A stretch of DNA of 64,000 nucleotides from Isurus oxyrinchus (Eukaryota). Shown piece by piece: positions 49,815 through 61,555 of this stretch. A model generated the notes under the pieces. The model was not told the DNA's origin. It saw only the letters and a list, made by a program, of their open reading frames with translations, and searched no databases. The stretch is from contig JANJGN010000026.1 of NCBI GenBank assembly GCA_026770705.1, forward strand, positions 29,264,001 through 29,328,000, written 5' to 3'. The first letter of the stretch is position 1, and each line of letters starts with the position of its first letter. The position numbers and the translations under genes are program-made.

Positions 49815-50114
49815 CGACACCGTCTTCGCCCAGTCTCTGCAGCCTGGTCTCCTCCTGTCAGCAACACAACACCGACGGCTCCGTCACCTACGGCTGTTTA
49901 GTGATGGACTACGCCCCAGAAATCACCAGCCTGACCTGGAAGAAAGATGGGCAGCCGATCACCACTGGATTTAAGACTTACCCGTCAGTGAGAAACCAAA
50001 AGGGAACCTACAGCCTGAGCAGCCAGTTCACCTTCCCCGAGTCAGAGGGAGAATGCAGCAAAATCAAGTGTGAGGTTCGACACAGCGGCTCAGACAAGAG
50101 CGTTGAAATGCAAT
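49815..50114 (+). CDS. IGHM: IgM CH1 exon (open frame)
   Basis: [59 protein letters not shown]...[18 protein letters not shown]; AG/GT intact. Confidence 0.93.
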
Positions 50115-50327
50115 GTAAGTGTTGGGGAACCTGTGAGAAACAGAAAGGTTGTGATTAACCTGTATAGGGCCTTGGTTATAACGCATTAATAGTGCTCTGC
50201 ATAGTTCTGATCCCTGGAAATTCCAGGTTAGTGTCTATTAACGGAAAAAGCCTGTTAAAATATACGAACCCATTGTATCTGTTATAAATTTCTTCTGCAA
50301 GAAATGTTTAACCTGTGTTTTTTGAAG

Positions 50328-50638
50328 ATCCTGAAACCTTCCCTCCAACTGTTCTCCTCACCATGAGTTCCCGGGAAGAAATCACAACCAACAAATTTGC
50401 AACCGCCGTCAGTTCAATCATCGATTTCCGTCCGAAGTCAATCACCGTAAAGTGGCTGAAGAATGGACAACCCATGGATTCAGGAATTGTCACCTCTCCC
50501 GCCTTTGAAGTGAACGGGAACTTCTCGGCGACCAGTCGCTGAAAGTCTCCGCTGCGTATTGGTTCACCGACTCGGTCTCTACCTGTCAGGTCACTCACCA
50601 AGGGGTCACCCAAAGTCGAAACGCCACCAAGTGTGGGG
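50328..50638 (+). pseudogene. IGHM: IgM CH2 exon (disabled)
   Basis: [11 protein letters not shown]...[23 protein letters not shown]...FSATSR, then a 1-nt frameshift near 50538; first Cys to Ser. Confidence 0.92.
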
Positions 50639-51046
50639 GTAAGAAATAAAAACGGAGGAAGCAATAGAGCATTCTGCTCTCCGATGTTAATCAAATCAGG
50701 AATTTATTAAAGATGGTAACAGCTTCGGGACAGAGTGTTTGAAAGTGTATCCACCCTATTATAAAACAGCTTTCAGTACTGCATTCCAGGGCCCAGGAAT
50801 GATACATTTGTATAGGGACTGGGGCAACGCAGATTCATCAGAATGTTACCGGGGCTGAAGGACTCAAATTATGAGAATAATTTACCCAGACCAAGCTGGT
50901 TTTGCATTGTGTAAAGAAGATTAAAGACGATAGTTACAGGTTAATGTGTCGAAGGTGATATATTCTCCTTTAGAGAGTGAAGACTGAATACTGCTGTCCT
51001 AATTCTGAATGTGAAACTTTGGTTGATTTTCATTTCTGTTTCACAG

Positions 51047-51354
51047 AACATTCCCAGTGCAGCGATCCCACAATTACTCTACTGTCACCGTTAATAGAAC
51101 AGGTCTTACTGTAGGCGACGGTGACATTAACCTGCATCGTTTCTAATGCCCTTATGGAGTCCTTGTGTTCTGGACCCAAGAAAAGAAGCCTTTGAAATCA
51201 GAGGTTGCTGTCCAACCGAGAGAGGATCACAACAGCGTGGTCAGCAACGTAAACATCTCGACACAAGCCTGGCTGAGTGGGGCTGAGTTCTACTGCGTGG
51301 TGAACCATCAGGATCTGCCGACTCCTTTAAGAAGTTCCTTCCACAAGGAACGAG
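51047..51354 (+). pseudogene. IGHM: IgM CH3 exon (disabled)
   Basis: TAG at 51112-51114 and a 1-nt deletion near 51150; remainder reads WTQEKKPL...[20 protein letters not shown]. Confidence 0.92.
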
Positions 51355-52062
51355 GTGAGCGGTGAGATTGAAGCAATAAGTGAGTCATTGTGTCTATTTC
51401 CAGTGTAAGGGTCAATATTTAATATTGAGTGCATTAAGGTCCACTCCGATTGGTATTTCCAAAACCTAAACCCTCTGGGCCTGTAGACTTCAGGGGGAAA
51501 TTGATAAGTAGATGAATGAACAATGAATTGAAAGCTGTGCTACTGGGTTTAGATGAAGCAAGGTGGGAGGAGCCTGGTGTGGAGCTTAAACACCAACACA
51601 GACCAGTTGGGCCGAATGGCCTGTTTCTGTGCTGTAAACTTTGAAAAACTTTCTCGTCCAACCCCATAGGTTCTTAATGAAAATGATTGTGTCCATCTCT
51701 GCTCCGATGTGGAAAACTGGACAGATCCCAAAGTGCTTTATTAATTAATTCATGGGATGTGGGCGTCACTGGCTCAGCCAGCGTTTATGGCCCATCCCTA
51801 ATATCCATTGAGAAGGGGGTGATGAGCTGCCTTCTTGAACCGCTACAGTCTATCTGGTGTGGGCACACCGACAGTGCTGTTAGGGAGGGAGTTCCAGGGT
51901 TTTGGCTCAGCAATAGTGAAGGAACGGTGCTATATTTCCGAGAAGTAGATAATGTAAACCTTTTATATTCATCACAAAACACATTTCTCTCACATTCAAC
52001 CAGCCGTTTCATTATCTCCGAAATTCTCCAGTTTATTGACATTTATTGTACATTTTCTGCAG

Positions 52063-52454
52063 TTAAAAATCCACGGGAACCGTCCGTGTCTGTCCTCCTG
52101 CCCTCGGCAGAAGATGTCTCCACTCAGAGGTTCGTCTCCCTCAACTGCTTAGTGAGAGGTTTCTCCCCGCGAGAGATCTTCGTCAAGTGGACTGTCAATG
52201 ACAGGCCGGTGAATCCCGGGAACTACAAGAACACTGAGGTGTTGGCGGAGAACGGCAATAGCTCCTTCTTCATGTACAGCCTGTTATCCATTGCAGCGGA
52301 GGAGTGGGCCAGCGGCGCTTCTTACTCCTGTGTGGTGGGACATGAAGCGATCCCCTTGAAGATCATCAATAGAACTGTTGATAAATCCAGCGGTGAACCG
52401 AATTTTGTGAACATTTCCCTTGCACTGATGGACACCGTTAATTTATGTCAATAA
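52063..52454 (+). CDS. IGHM: IgM CH4 exon plus secretory tail (open frame)
   Basis: [14 protein letters not shown]...[18 protein letters not shown]...[43 protein letters not shown]; AATAAA at 52482-52487. Confidence 0.95.
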
Positions 52455-52914
52455 GAATCTCTCGGTTACATTTCAAACTTCAATAAACAAATCATAAAGT
52501 CCATTTCTCCAATCATTATTTAAATTCACAATTGCTTAGTTAATGTTGTTTTCCAATTTTGCTAATGCTAGACCTGTTCAGTTAAAATCAGATATTTACA
52601 CGACTCACACCCAAGTGTTGTACACCCAGTGCTCGCAGCTCAGATACACCCTGGGATAGAGAGAGAGTAAAGCTCATTCATTACAGGATTCTGCAAAATA
52701 ACTTCACCAGCTCTCCTCCCGCTGAGGAGAAATCTGACAATTTCTGTTTCCGACAAACAAACACAGCGCATTTAGATCTCAGTGTTCCTGCTTCTCTTGT
52801 CGTCCATCCCTTTAAAATGGATGTCAGCTTTATGCTGCTGCATCACACCCACTGGGAACCGAAGTGAGGGTCACACACAAACATGTCCCAACAACTCCCC
52901 AGGAGAGAGAGTGG

Positions 52915-53410
52915 AAAGGGAAATTGTTAGCCCACTGTACCCCCACTTCCCCAACAGGGAGAGGGAAAGGGAAATTGTTAACCCACTGTACCCCCACTTC
53001 CCCAACAGGGAGAGGGAAAGGGAAATTGTTAACCCACTGTACCCCCATTTCCCCAACAGAGAGAGGGAAAGGGAAATTGTTAACCCACTGTACCCCCATT
53101 TCCCCAACAGAGAGAGGGGAAGGGAAATTGTTAGCCCACTGTACCCCCACTTCCCCAACAGGGAGAGGGGAAAGGGAAATTGTTAACTCACTGTACCCCA
53201 CTTTACCAACAAAGGGTGGGGGGAATTTTCAGCCACTGTACGCCCACTTCCCCAACAGAGAAAACTGAAAGGAAAATTGTTGTCCAATTTTACCTCCACT
53301 TGCTTAACAAAAAGACGAGGAAGGTCATTCGTTATCCCACTGTGTCTCCACCTTCTCAGCAGACAAAACCGAAAGGGAAATTGCTTAGCCGACCACAGGG
53401 AGGGAAGCTA
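52915..53410 (+). repeat. 51-bp minisatellite
   Basis: Unit GGGAAATTGTTAACCCACTGTACCCCCACTTCCCCAACAGGGAGAGGGAAA; ~5 near-identical copies, then degenerate ones. Confidence 0.92.
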
Positions 53411-53859
53411 TTAACTCACTGGACTCTCAGTCCCTGAGCAGAGAATCTGGAAGGGAACAGGCCTCCACTGTAAGGACCCAGTTGCCAATAGCACACGTCA
53501 GCTTCCAGCTTACTGGCCACAGGCCTTATCTTCCAACATGCTGAAAATGTAAAATATATATTTATGCAGCGTTTTAAAAAAAGTTTTAACACTCTTGTTC
53601 CTATTGACCTGATGCTAACATTGGTTTCTTATAATCCGAATCGAAACTGGTGACTGAATCCTCCCTGCGTTTTTCATGGTTCTTCTCTGAATTTGAGAGG
53701 CGTGCCGTTGAATTTTTGCATTCATTCACCTGATATCACCTTGCATCACACAGAAAACACGCTTATATACAGAACATTGAAAATATTCACTAAAAGTTTC
53801 ACCGTCAGGGTCAGACTCGATCATTGCTACCTGATGAAACTTGGAAAAATAATAATAAT

Positions 53860-54960
53860 ACACAAATGACACAAATGGATACACACACATACCTTGGCAC
53901 AGCCACTCACTCACAGATACCTAGGCACAGACATGCACACACACAGGCACAGGTACACACACAGGCACGCACCCACACACTCACATGCACCCATACACAC
54001 AAACACACACACACAAACACGCACAGGCACACTCACATACACACACAATCACACACACACACACACACACAAATATATGGGCACAGACGCACAAACACAC
54101 AGGCACACATACATGCACACAATCACACACGCCCACACATACACAATCACAGACATGCAAATACACACGCAGACACATCCACACATAAACACAATTACAC
54201 ACACAAATGCACACACACACAAACTCACACACAAATACACAATCACACACACAGATAAAACCAGACAAGCCGACTCATACAAGGTCATAAAGCACAAATG
54301 TAATTATTAGCACATACATTATCACACGTTCATAATGACAGAAATACAGACATAAAGACACACACTGTCAACCACATTAAAACAAATGCATGGGCACACC
54401 TTAGCACATGCACACACATGAGCAGACGAGACCCAGACACACAAACACAGAAGAACAAAATATCACATTAACAGACACACATGTCGATACAAACATACTC
54501 ATACACACGAGAACACAAAAAGCACATGTTAGTACATATGAAAACATAAACACACATTGATACATTGTTCTTAATATCCATCAAGACACAAATGCACACA
54601 TTAAACTCTCTCTCTCACACATACACACACACACGCCGTGACACAGACATTAATATACTGACAAACACGTAGAACACAAAAAGAAACATTAACGCTCATA
54701 TTAGCAGAGAATGACGCATAAACACACAGTCACACAGATAGCTATAAATGAATATAGACATCAACACATAAGCACATACAGTAACACACTTAAAATACAC
54801 ATTAGCAGAAAAACAAAATATACATACAGACCCAGACACTCAGATACACAAATCAGCACACATTGGCATATAAACACACACATTAACACTCATACACACG
54901 TATGGACACACAAACAGAGAGTAATGCAAAACACAAGATACTCTGCACACATACATAACA
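53860..54960 (+). repeat. (CA)n-rich low-complexity tract
   Basis: Long imperfect CA/ACAC run; source of the His/Thr-rich and Cys/Val-rich ORFs. Confidence 0.9.
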
Positions 54961-55037
54961 ACTAAAGAACAACACAGACGCCATGGAATTGAAGAAATTA
55001 TAATTCAAATGTACTTTTTTAACGGGCATATTCTCCA

Positions 55038-55470
55038 GCAAAAACAAAAAATGCTGGAAAAACTCAGCAGGTCTGATAGCATCTGTGGAGAGGAAGACAA
55101 TTAACGTTTTGAGTCCGAATGACTCTTCTTCAGAACTATAGAGAAGTAAAAATGTGGTGACATATAAACTGTTTAAGTGGGGTGGGACCGGTGAAGCTGG
55201 ATAGAAGGCCAGTGATAGGCGGAGGCAAAGGAGAGATTGCGAAAGATGTCATAAACAAAAGGTCGAAGGGGTGTTGATGGTGGTGTTACTGGTTAAAGGA
55301 GGTGCTAATGGTGACATTAAGAGTAGAAAGCAGGATGAGCAAGTGACAGGTGGCCCTAATGGGGTGTGGGAGTAAAGATCAAAATAGGCTAAAGTGTGGA
55401 GATAAAACAATGAATGGAAATATCTTTTTAAAATAATAATAATCTAAATGGGTGGGAAAAATATATAAAA
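55038..55470 (-). mobile_element. Penelope-like 3' end fragment
   Basis: Matches the 3' tail of the 26267-28736 element; hammerhead-like motif at 55101-55133. Confidence 0.8.
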
Positions 55471-55959
55471 AAATATTCTCCGGCAATTGCCTCGATTACA
55501 TAATGACCAGATAAACACACTGAAACAATATTCTTACTGAGAAACTGATTTAAGTTAATGACGCACCAAACATTCCCATCACAAATAGACAAGCAAGATG
55601 GGAAATCACATCCGAGCTTTTAAAAAGCAACGTTAACTATTTCCAAATAAGTAGCTCAGTGAATCTCTCTCAATATCCATCATAATAATCTCCAATAATA
55701 GATCATACGAAATTGTTCGAAAACAAACTGATGCTGAAGAAAAGTTGCCACATTTTCCGACTTGGGCTGTACGAGGAATGGAAAGGAGAGATAGTCACAG
55801 AGATAGGTTACTGAGATTCACGAACTTAACAGTACATATACATTGAACATTAAATTAGAGAATACATTAATAATTTAGGAAAGAGTAAAGAGAATATTGA
55901 AAAAGATATCCAAGATTGATAAACAATCTAATTGTATTTTCTCGGCTATATCCTCGTAG

Positions 55960-56233
55960 ATACCAATGGTGGCATCTGGATTGAAGACTCTGAGGATGAT
56001 AACGGCAACATCTGGACAACCGCTTCCACTTTCATCATCCTGTTCTTCCTGAGCATTTTCTACAGCGCTGCCGTCACTCTGGTGAAGGTGAGAAGATTCA
56101 ATCCATTCACACTTCAAACTGACGAAGCAGTTTGAAAAATCTCTCAATGTTTCATTGATTAAAACTCTAACATAAATGTCCCAGATCATAAACATCTGCT
56201 TCATTATTTTATCCTTTTTTTCAGATCAAGTGA
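55960..56233 (+). CDS. IGHM: IgM transmembrane exons TM1 (55960-56087) and TM2 (56225-56233)
   Basis: DTNGGIWIEDSEDDNGNIWTTASTFIILFFLSIFYSAAVTLVK + IK*; canonical splice sites; AATAAA at 56657 and 56693. Confidence 0.93.
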
Positions 56234-57159
56234 TCGGTTGCATTTTGGACACTGTAGATTTTCCTCAGCTGTTTACTGATATTTCTGTATTACGAATTTA
56301 AAACATGCTCTTTTGGTGCCTCTAAAATGAAATACATTCAGTTTATGTTTCCGAATCTGTAACTGAGACAAATCATGGACGGTATTTCAATTTTCCTGTT
56401 TGAAATGCGCGAGTTAATTATGACTGTATTGAAATTATGGCTTATAATTTCCCTTTAATTTGAATTTCCTGTGTAAATGAGTAACTTCCCCCATTCCTCA
56501 TTCCTCATTCACATGTATTACGATCTCACTATGTTGAGCTCCTATTTCCTCTTCCTGGTGTCTGTTACTGTTGTACATATAGTTGGCAGCTCAGGGCTAA
56601 TGTGCTCTGTTCTCAATGTGACTTTCAGTCGTTATATTCATTTCAGTTCACTTTAAAATAAACTTTCCTATCAAATGTTCTCTGAAAATTTTAATAAATC
56701 GGAAATGTGAAACGAACGGGCTTTTTCAGAACTCCTTCCTCCAAGGCCCATCAACACTGCTCCATTTTCCTCTTTACACGGTTTTCCCATCTTTCCCAGA
56801 CAGGTATTTTTTACCAGCCCTGTCAGGGATGTGTTTGAACCCAAGGCCCTTCAGTGAAAGAGTCACTGCGCCACCCAGCGACCCATCGGTGTTAATACAT
56901 CTTTCCCTTAGCCTTTTTATGGCAAACCCCAGAGGCAGAATGATTGCAGAGCGAGGGGAACCTCGGTGATTTCACTCCAACTCAGGTCTGTCACAGTCAC
57001 ATGTCAGGTAATTGTAAACAGCAGTGATCTGCTTCATCAGAGGCCCATACAGGACAACATATGGAGGACTGAAGTTTCCTTTACACTGTCCCATCAAACA
57101 CTCCCAGGGTCGGTGCAGCAGGTGTTAGATAGGGGGCAAAAGTTTTTTCTCTCTTTATC

Positions 57160-57600
57160 CTTTAATGAGATGTGGTGTCGCTGGCAAAACCGCCCAGAAC
57201 AGCCCGGCTTCCGAGGCAGTTTCAGAGGGCAGTTAACTTCAGTCACATTGCTGTGGACCTGGAATCACATGTCGGCCAGGCCGGGTAAGGATGGCAGATT
57301 CCCTTCACTAAAGGACATTAGTGCAGCAGGTAGGTTTTTACGACGATCAGTGATAGTTGTCATGGTCACCATTCCTGAGGCTAGTTTTCAATTCCAGATT
57401 TTATTAATTGAATTCACATCCCAGCAGCTGCCATGTTGGGATTTGAACCCATGCGCCCAGAGCATTCGCCTGAACTCTCTGTACCTTGTCCAATTAAACA
57501 CTCTCAAGGCAGAGACATCACAGTCCATCTTCTCAAGGCAATTAGGGATGGGTAATAAATGCTGACCCAGGCAGCCACGCCCACATCGCATAAATGAATA
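57160..57600 (-). mobile_element. tRNA-derived SINE plus adjacent LINE/SINE tail fragment
   Basis: Reverse complement of the 4895/41538 SINE body; a + strand tail piece lies at ~57520-57600. Confidence 0.7.
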
Positions 57601-57798
57601 ACAAAAATACATATATAAGGCTGACAGGACAGTTGACACAAACCGTGGGATAATTCCTAGAATCTAGGGCCGATCTGACAAAGACACATTATCGAGCAGT
57701 AATCCTGCAAATTATTACCACAGTTTGGGGTTTGTCAGGAATACCAGACGACACAAATCGTGGAAACTCTGCTGCTTCCCTGACACAACAAACAACTA

Positions 57799-58054
57799 AA
57801 CTCACTGAACATCACCCCAGGGATTCTCTCTCCCTGCTCTATTCCCTCTGATACTATCTCTCTGAACTCACTGAATATCAACCCAGGGACACTCTATCCC
57901 TGCTCCATTCCCTCTGATACCATTCGCCTGAACTCACTGAACATCACTCCAGGGATCCTCTCTCCCTGCTCCATTCCCTCTGATACCACCTCTCTGATCT
58001 CACCGAACATCACCCCAGGGATCCTCTCTCCCTGCTCCATTCCCTCCGATACCA
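57799..58054 (+). repeat. 66-bp tandem repeat, 4 copies
   Basis: Units start at 57799, 57865, 57931 and 57997 (AACTCACTGAACATCACCCCAGGGAT...). Confidence 0.9.
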
Positions 58055-58227
58055 GTTCTGATGCGAAGCTTTAACTCTTACTCCATTGATTCTGGCAGAG
58101 GCTGTTATGCCTTTTCAGTTTTTAATCAATAATAAAATAACTGTTTAAGCAGCGTGGACATGCACAAAGAACGCTCATTCCCCCACTTCAAATCCAACCC
58201 AGGCCGCGGCTGTAAAAGTTTTTTATT

Positions 58228-58512
58228 TTAAATTTATTCATGGGATGTGGACGTCGATGATTGGGCCAGCATTTATTGCCCATCTCTATTTCAGAGTGCA
58301 ATTAAAAGTCAACCACATTGCTCTGGGTTTGGAGTCACATGTAGGCTAGATCAGGTAAGGATCACAGGTTTCCTTCCCTAAAGGACATCAGTGAACCAGA
58401 TGGGTTTTTACCAGCAATGGCCCCTCGTCGTCATTAGACTTTGAATTCCAGATTTTTATTGCATTCAAATTCCACCATCTGCCATGGTAGGAATCAAACC
58501 CGAGTCCCCAGA
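58228..58512 (-). mobile_element. tRNA-derived SINE
   Basis: Same family as 4895-5222, reverse strand. Confidence 0.75.
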
Positions 58513-58704
58513 ACAATATCATGGAAAGTAATTGACTGACATCAAGTTCCTCCACTTTCATGTCACTTCTTTTAACTCCTAATCTCCATTGCAGATATTT
58601 CCAGTTCTATTTAATACCCACTTAGAAATTTAACTCTGTTTCTCATTCCACTGATTGTGACGACTTGCCCTGTGTTTTATGTCCTGATAAAGCCAGGAAT
58701 TCGT

Positions 58705-59900
58705 GCTATAATAAAAACAGGAGGCGCAGAAGTTCACAACAGGCCTGGCAGCATCTGTGGTGACAGAAACAGAGTTAACGTTCCCAGTCCATTTGACTCT
58801 TCTTCAGAACTGAAGAGAGGTAGAAATGTGCTGGGTTTTCTGCTGCTGACGAGCTTGGGTGGAGCAGCTGGAGCAAAATAGAAGGTCAGAGATTAGGTTG
58901 GAAGTCAGGAGAGAATAAATGACAAAAATGTCATGGAACACAAGTCAAAGGGAATGGTAATGATAGTATTAAAGACGAAAGCATGTGTTAATATTTTTTT
59001 TAAAAAATGTCAGCACTGACTGGAGGGAAGGCGGTGGTATTGTCACTGGACTGAGACCCCATTCCAGGGACCACAGGTAATGCTCTGAAGATCTGCGTTC
59101 GAATCTCGCCTTGGCAGATGGTGAAATTTGAATTCAATAAAAATATGGAAAGCAACCATTGTCAATTGTTGTAAAAACCCATCTGGTTCATTAATGCCCT
59201 TTAGAGAATCAAATCTGCCGATATGTGACTCCAGGCCCATTGCAATGTGACTGACTCTTGCAGATGCCCTCTGAACAAAGGCAATTAGGGACGGGCAATA
59301 AGTGCTGGCCAAGCCAGGCCACATCCCATGAACAAATAAAAAGAAAGGAAGCAAAATGGTAGAATGTGTTAATAGCAGAAAAAGGGTCAGCGCTGTCTGA
59401 AAGCAAAACATGAGAACAAGATGCAGACCGGCACGTGGGGAGTAGGGGCTGCAGGGAAACGAAAATGGAGGAATAGTTCATTGTCTGAAGTTGTTGAACT
59501 CAATGTTGAGTCCAAAAAGCTGGCGAGTGCTTAATGAGAAGATGAGGTGCTGTTCCTTCAGTTTGCGCTGGGCTTCACTGGAACATTGTAGAAGGCCCAG
59601 GACAGAAATGTGAGCATGAGAGCGAGATGGTGAATTGAAATGGCAAGTGACAGGCAGATCTGGGTCATGCTTGCGGACTGTGCGAAGTGGGCAGTCAGTC
59701 TGTGTTTATTCTCCCCAACGTAGAGGAGACCACATTGGGAGCAGTGAAATACAATAGCCTGAATTGTAAGAAGTGCAAATAAATCTCTGCTTCACCTGGA
59801 AGGAGTGGTTGGGGCCTTGGACGGTGAGGACGGAGGAGGTAAAGGGGCAGGTGTTACACGTCCTGCGATTGCAAGCAAGGTGCCGTGGGAAGGGGATGAG
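58705..59900 (-). mobile_element. Decayed Penelope-like 3' fragment with a nested + strand SINE (59025-59342)
   Basis: CNTCPFTSSVLTVQGPNHSFQVKQ remnant, NIEFNNF-type end and tail with hammerhead-like relic at ~58774-58808. Confidence 0.85.
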
Positions 59901-59952
59901 TAGACTTTTTCGAATCAGAAATTTGTTTCTGGTTGTGATATTTTGCACAACA

Positions 59953-60016
59953 GCGAGACCAGGAATCAATCCTGGGCGATGAGAATATCGAATCCTAACC
60001 ATTAGGACACCAGGGC
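59953..60016 (-). pseudogene. tRNA-Glu(CTC) pseudogene
   Basis: CCCTGGTGTCCTAATGGTTAGGATTCGATATTCTCATCGCCCAGGATTGATTCCTGGTC aligns to vertebrate tRNA-Glu-CTC; stems broken. Confidence 0.7.
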
Positions 60017-60464
60017 GTTTGTGAAACATCTTGTTTAGCGAATTCAGCTGTCAACCCAAATATTGGTGGTTTGACACCATCTAGGGCCAGTAGATTCTCT
60101 CTATTGCTGCTTCTACTTATATTACCGACACAGTTCTGCTTTGTGTCCTTTGGCCACAAGGAAATGTTGTCCAATCTTTGCAAGTCCTGCAGTTATCCAG
60201 TAAGTTCCCAGGCAAATAGTTTTGTGAATATTTATTTTGAAGAAAATTAGATCAATTAGATTAAACATGTGCATAGCATCCAAGCTGTTGGAAAGTAACA
60301 AATAGAAATTGATTCTGTGATTGCACATATTGAACTGGAACACACCATCGCACCGAATGAATCCACTGTCAGTTTACATGTTGCTCTGTGAAAATTTCAA
60401 TCATCCTTGACTTTGTGGCATTCGGGTACAGAGCTGGTAAGCAATCTGGACTCAAAGAACATGC

Positions 60465-61445
60465 TAACATATGAACTCAGAGCAGAAATAGGTCACTCGG
60501 CCCTTCAAGCCTGCTCCGCCATTCAATAAGATCATGGCTGATCTGATTGTAACCTGCTGCTGACCCCGATAACCTTTCAGTCCCTTGTTGATCAACAATC
60601 AGTCTAGCTCTGCCTTTAAAAGATTCAAAGGCTCAGCTTCCACCACGTTTCGTAGAAGAGTTCCAATGACTTACGACCATCTGGGAGAAAAAAAAATTCT
60701 CCTCATCTCTGTCTTAAGTGAGCGACACTTTATTGTTGAACAGTGGCCCCTAGTTCTAGCTTCTCCCACAAGTTTTGAAAGTGTGGTATGAAATTCGCTG
60801 CATAAATACATTTTTTGGTTCAAAAACTGTATTAGAAAGTCAATTCCAACTCTTCATGTCATTGGATCAGGGCAAGTCCCACAAAAGGAAACATTCTCTC
60901 CAAATCCACCCTGTCAAGGCCTCTCAGGACCTGAAAGATTTTGATCAAGTCGCTTCTTAGTCTTCTAAACTCCAGAAGATAGCAGCCTAGCCTACCCAGC
61001 CTTTCTTCATAAGACAAGGACAATTAAGGATGGGCAATAAATGCTGGCCTAGGCAGCGATCCCCTCATCCCATGAAGAATATAAAAACAAAAGTCTAGCC
61101 ATTCTTGGCATTAGTCCAGTAAACCTTCTTTGAACTCGTTCTAATGCATTTACATCTTTCGTTAAATAAGGAAGCCAATACTCTACACAATACTCCAGAC
61201 ATAGCCTCACCAGTGTCCTGCACAATTGAAGCATAACTTTCTTACTTCAATCCCCCTCACAGTAATGATAACGTTCTATTAACTTTCCTAATTACTTGTT
61301 GTGCCTAAATAGTTCAAATTTTTAAAATTCCTTTATGTCCTTCTGAATATCTTCGCACATCCTGAAACTCCACTCCATGTTCCTTTTTTGTTACCCTGAC
61401 CTGTCTAAATCTCTTTGCAACCTATCTGTGTCCCTCCAACAGTTT
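60465..61445 (-). mobile_element. CR1-clade LINE 3' fragment with small internal insertions
   Basis: LCRTLVRLCLEYCVEYW.PYL.KDVNALERVQRRFT remnant and 3' tail. Confidence 0.85.
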
Positions 61446-61482
61446 ACATTTCCACTACTTTTATCAGATAAACTTTAATGGC

Positions 61483-61555
61483 AGGCACTAGCAAGGATGG
61501 AACTCACAACACCTGGTTTACAATATCAATTTTTTAACCACTGAGCTATGCTAAC
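61483..61555 (-). pseudogene. tRNA-Thr(TGT) pseudogene
   Basis: CATAGCTCAGTGGTTA...TTGTAAACCAGG...GAGTTCCATCCTTGCTAGTGCCT aligns to tRNA-Thr-TGT; mismatched stems. Confidence 0.7.

Larger units (their letters stand above)
43847..56233 (+). pseudogene. IGHM: Complete shark-type IgM heavy-chain cluster pseudogene (L-VH-D-JH-CH1-CH2-CH3-CH4/sec-TM1-TM2)
   Basis: All segments present in order with canonical splice sites; disabling lesions in leader, VH, CH2 and CH3 (see components). Confidence 0.95.

Noticed and set aside
51687-52062. N-terminal part of the 255-aa ORF as an extended Ig protein
   Set aside because: Intronic read-through over a LINE-tail fragment; the real CH4 exon starts at the acceptor at 52063.
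52782-54310. REREIVNPLYPHFPN, His/Thr-rich and Cys/Val-rich ORFs
   Set aside because: Products of the 51-bp VNTR and the (CA)n tract inside an Ig intron.
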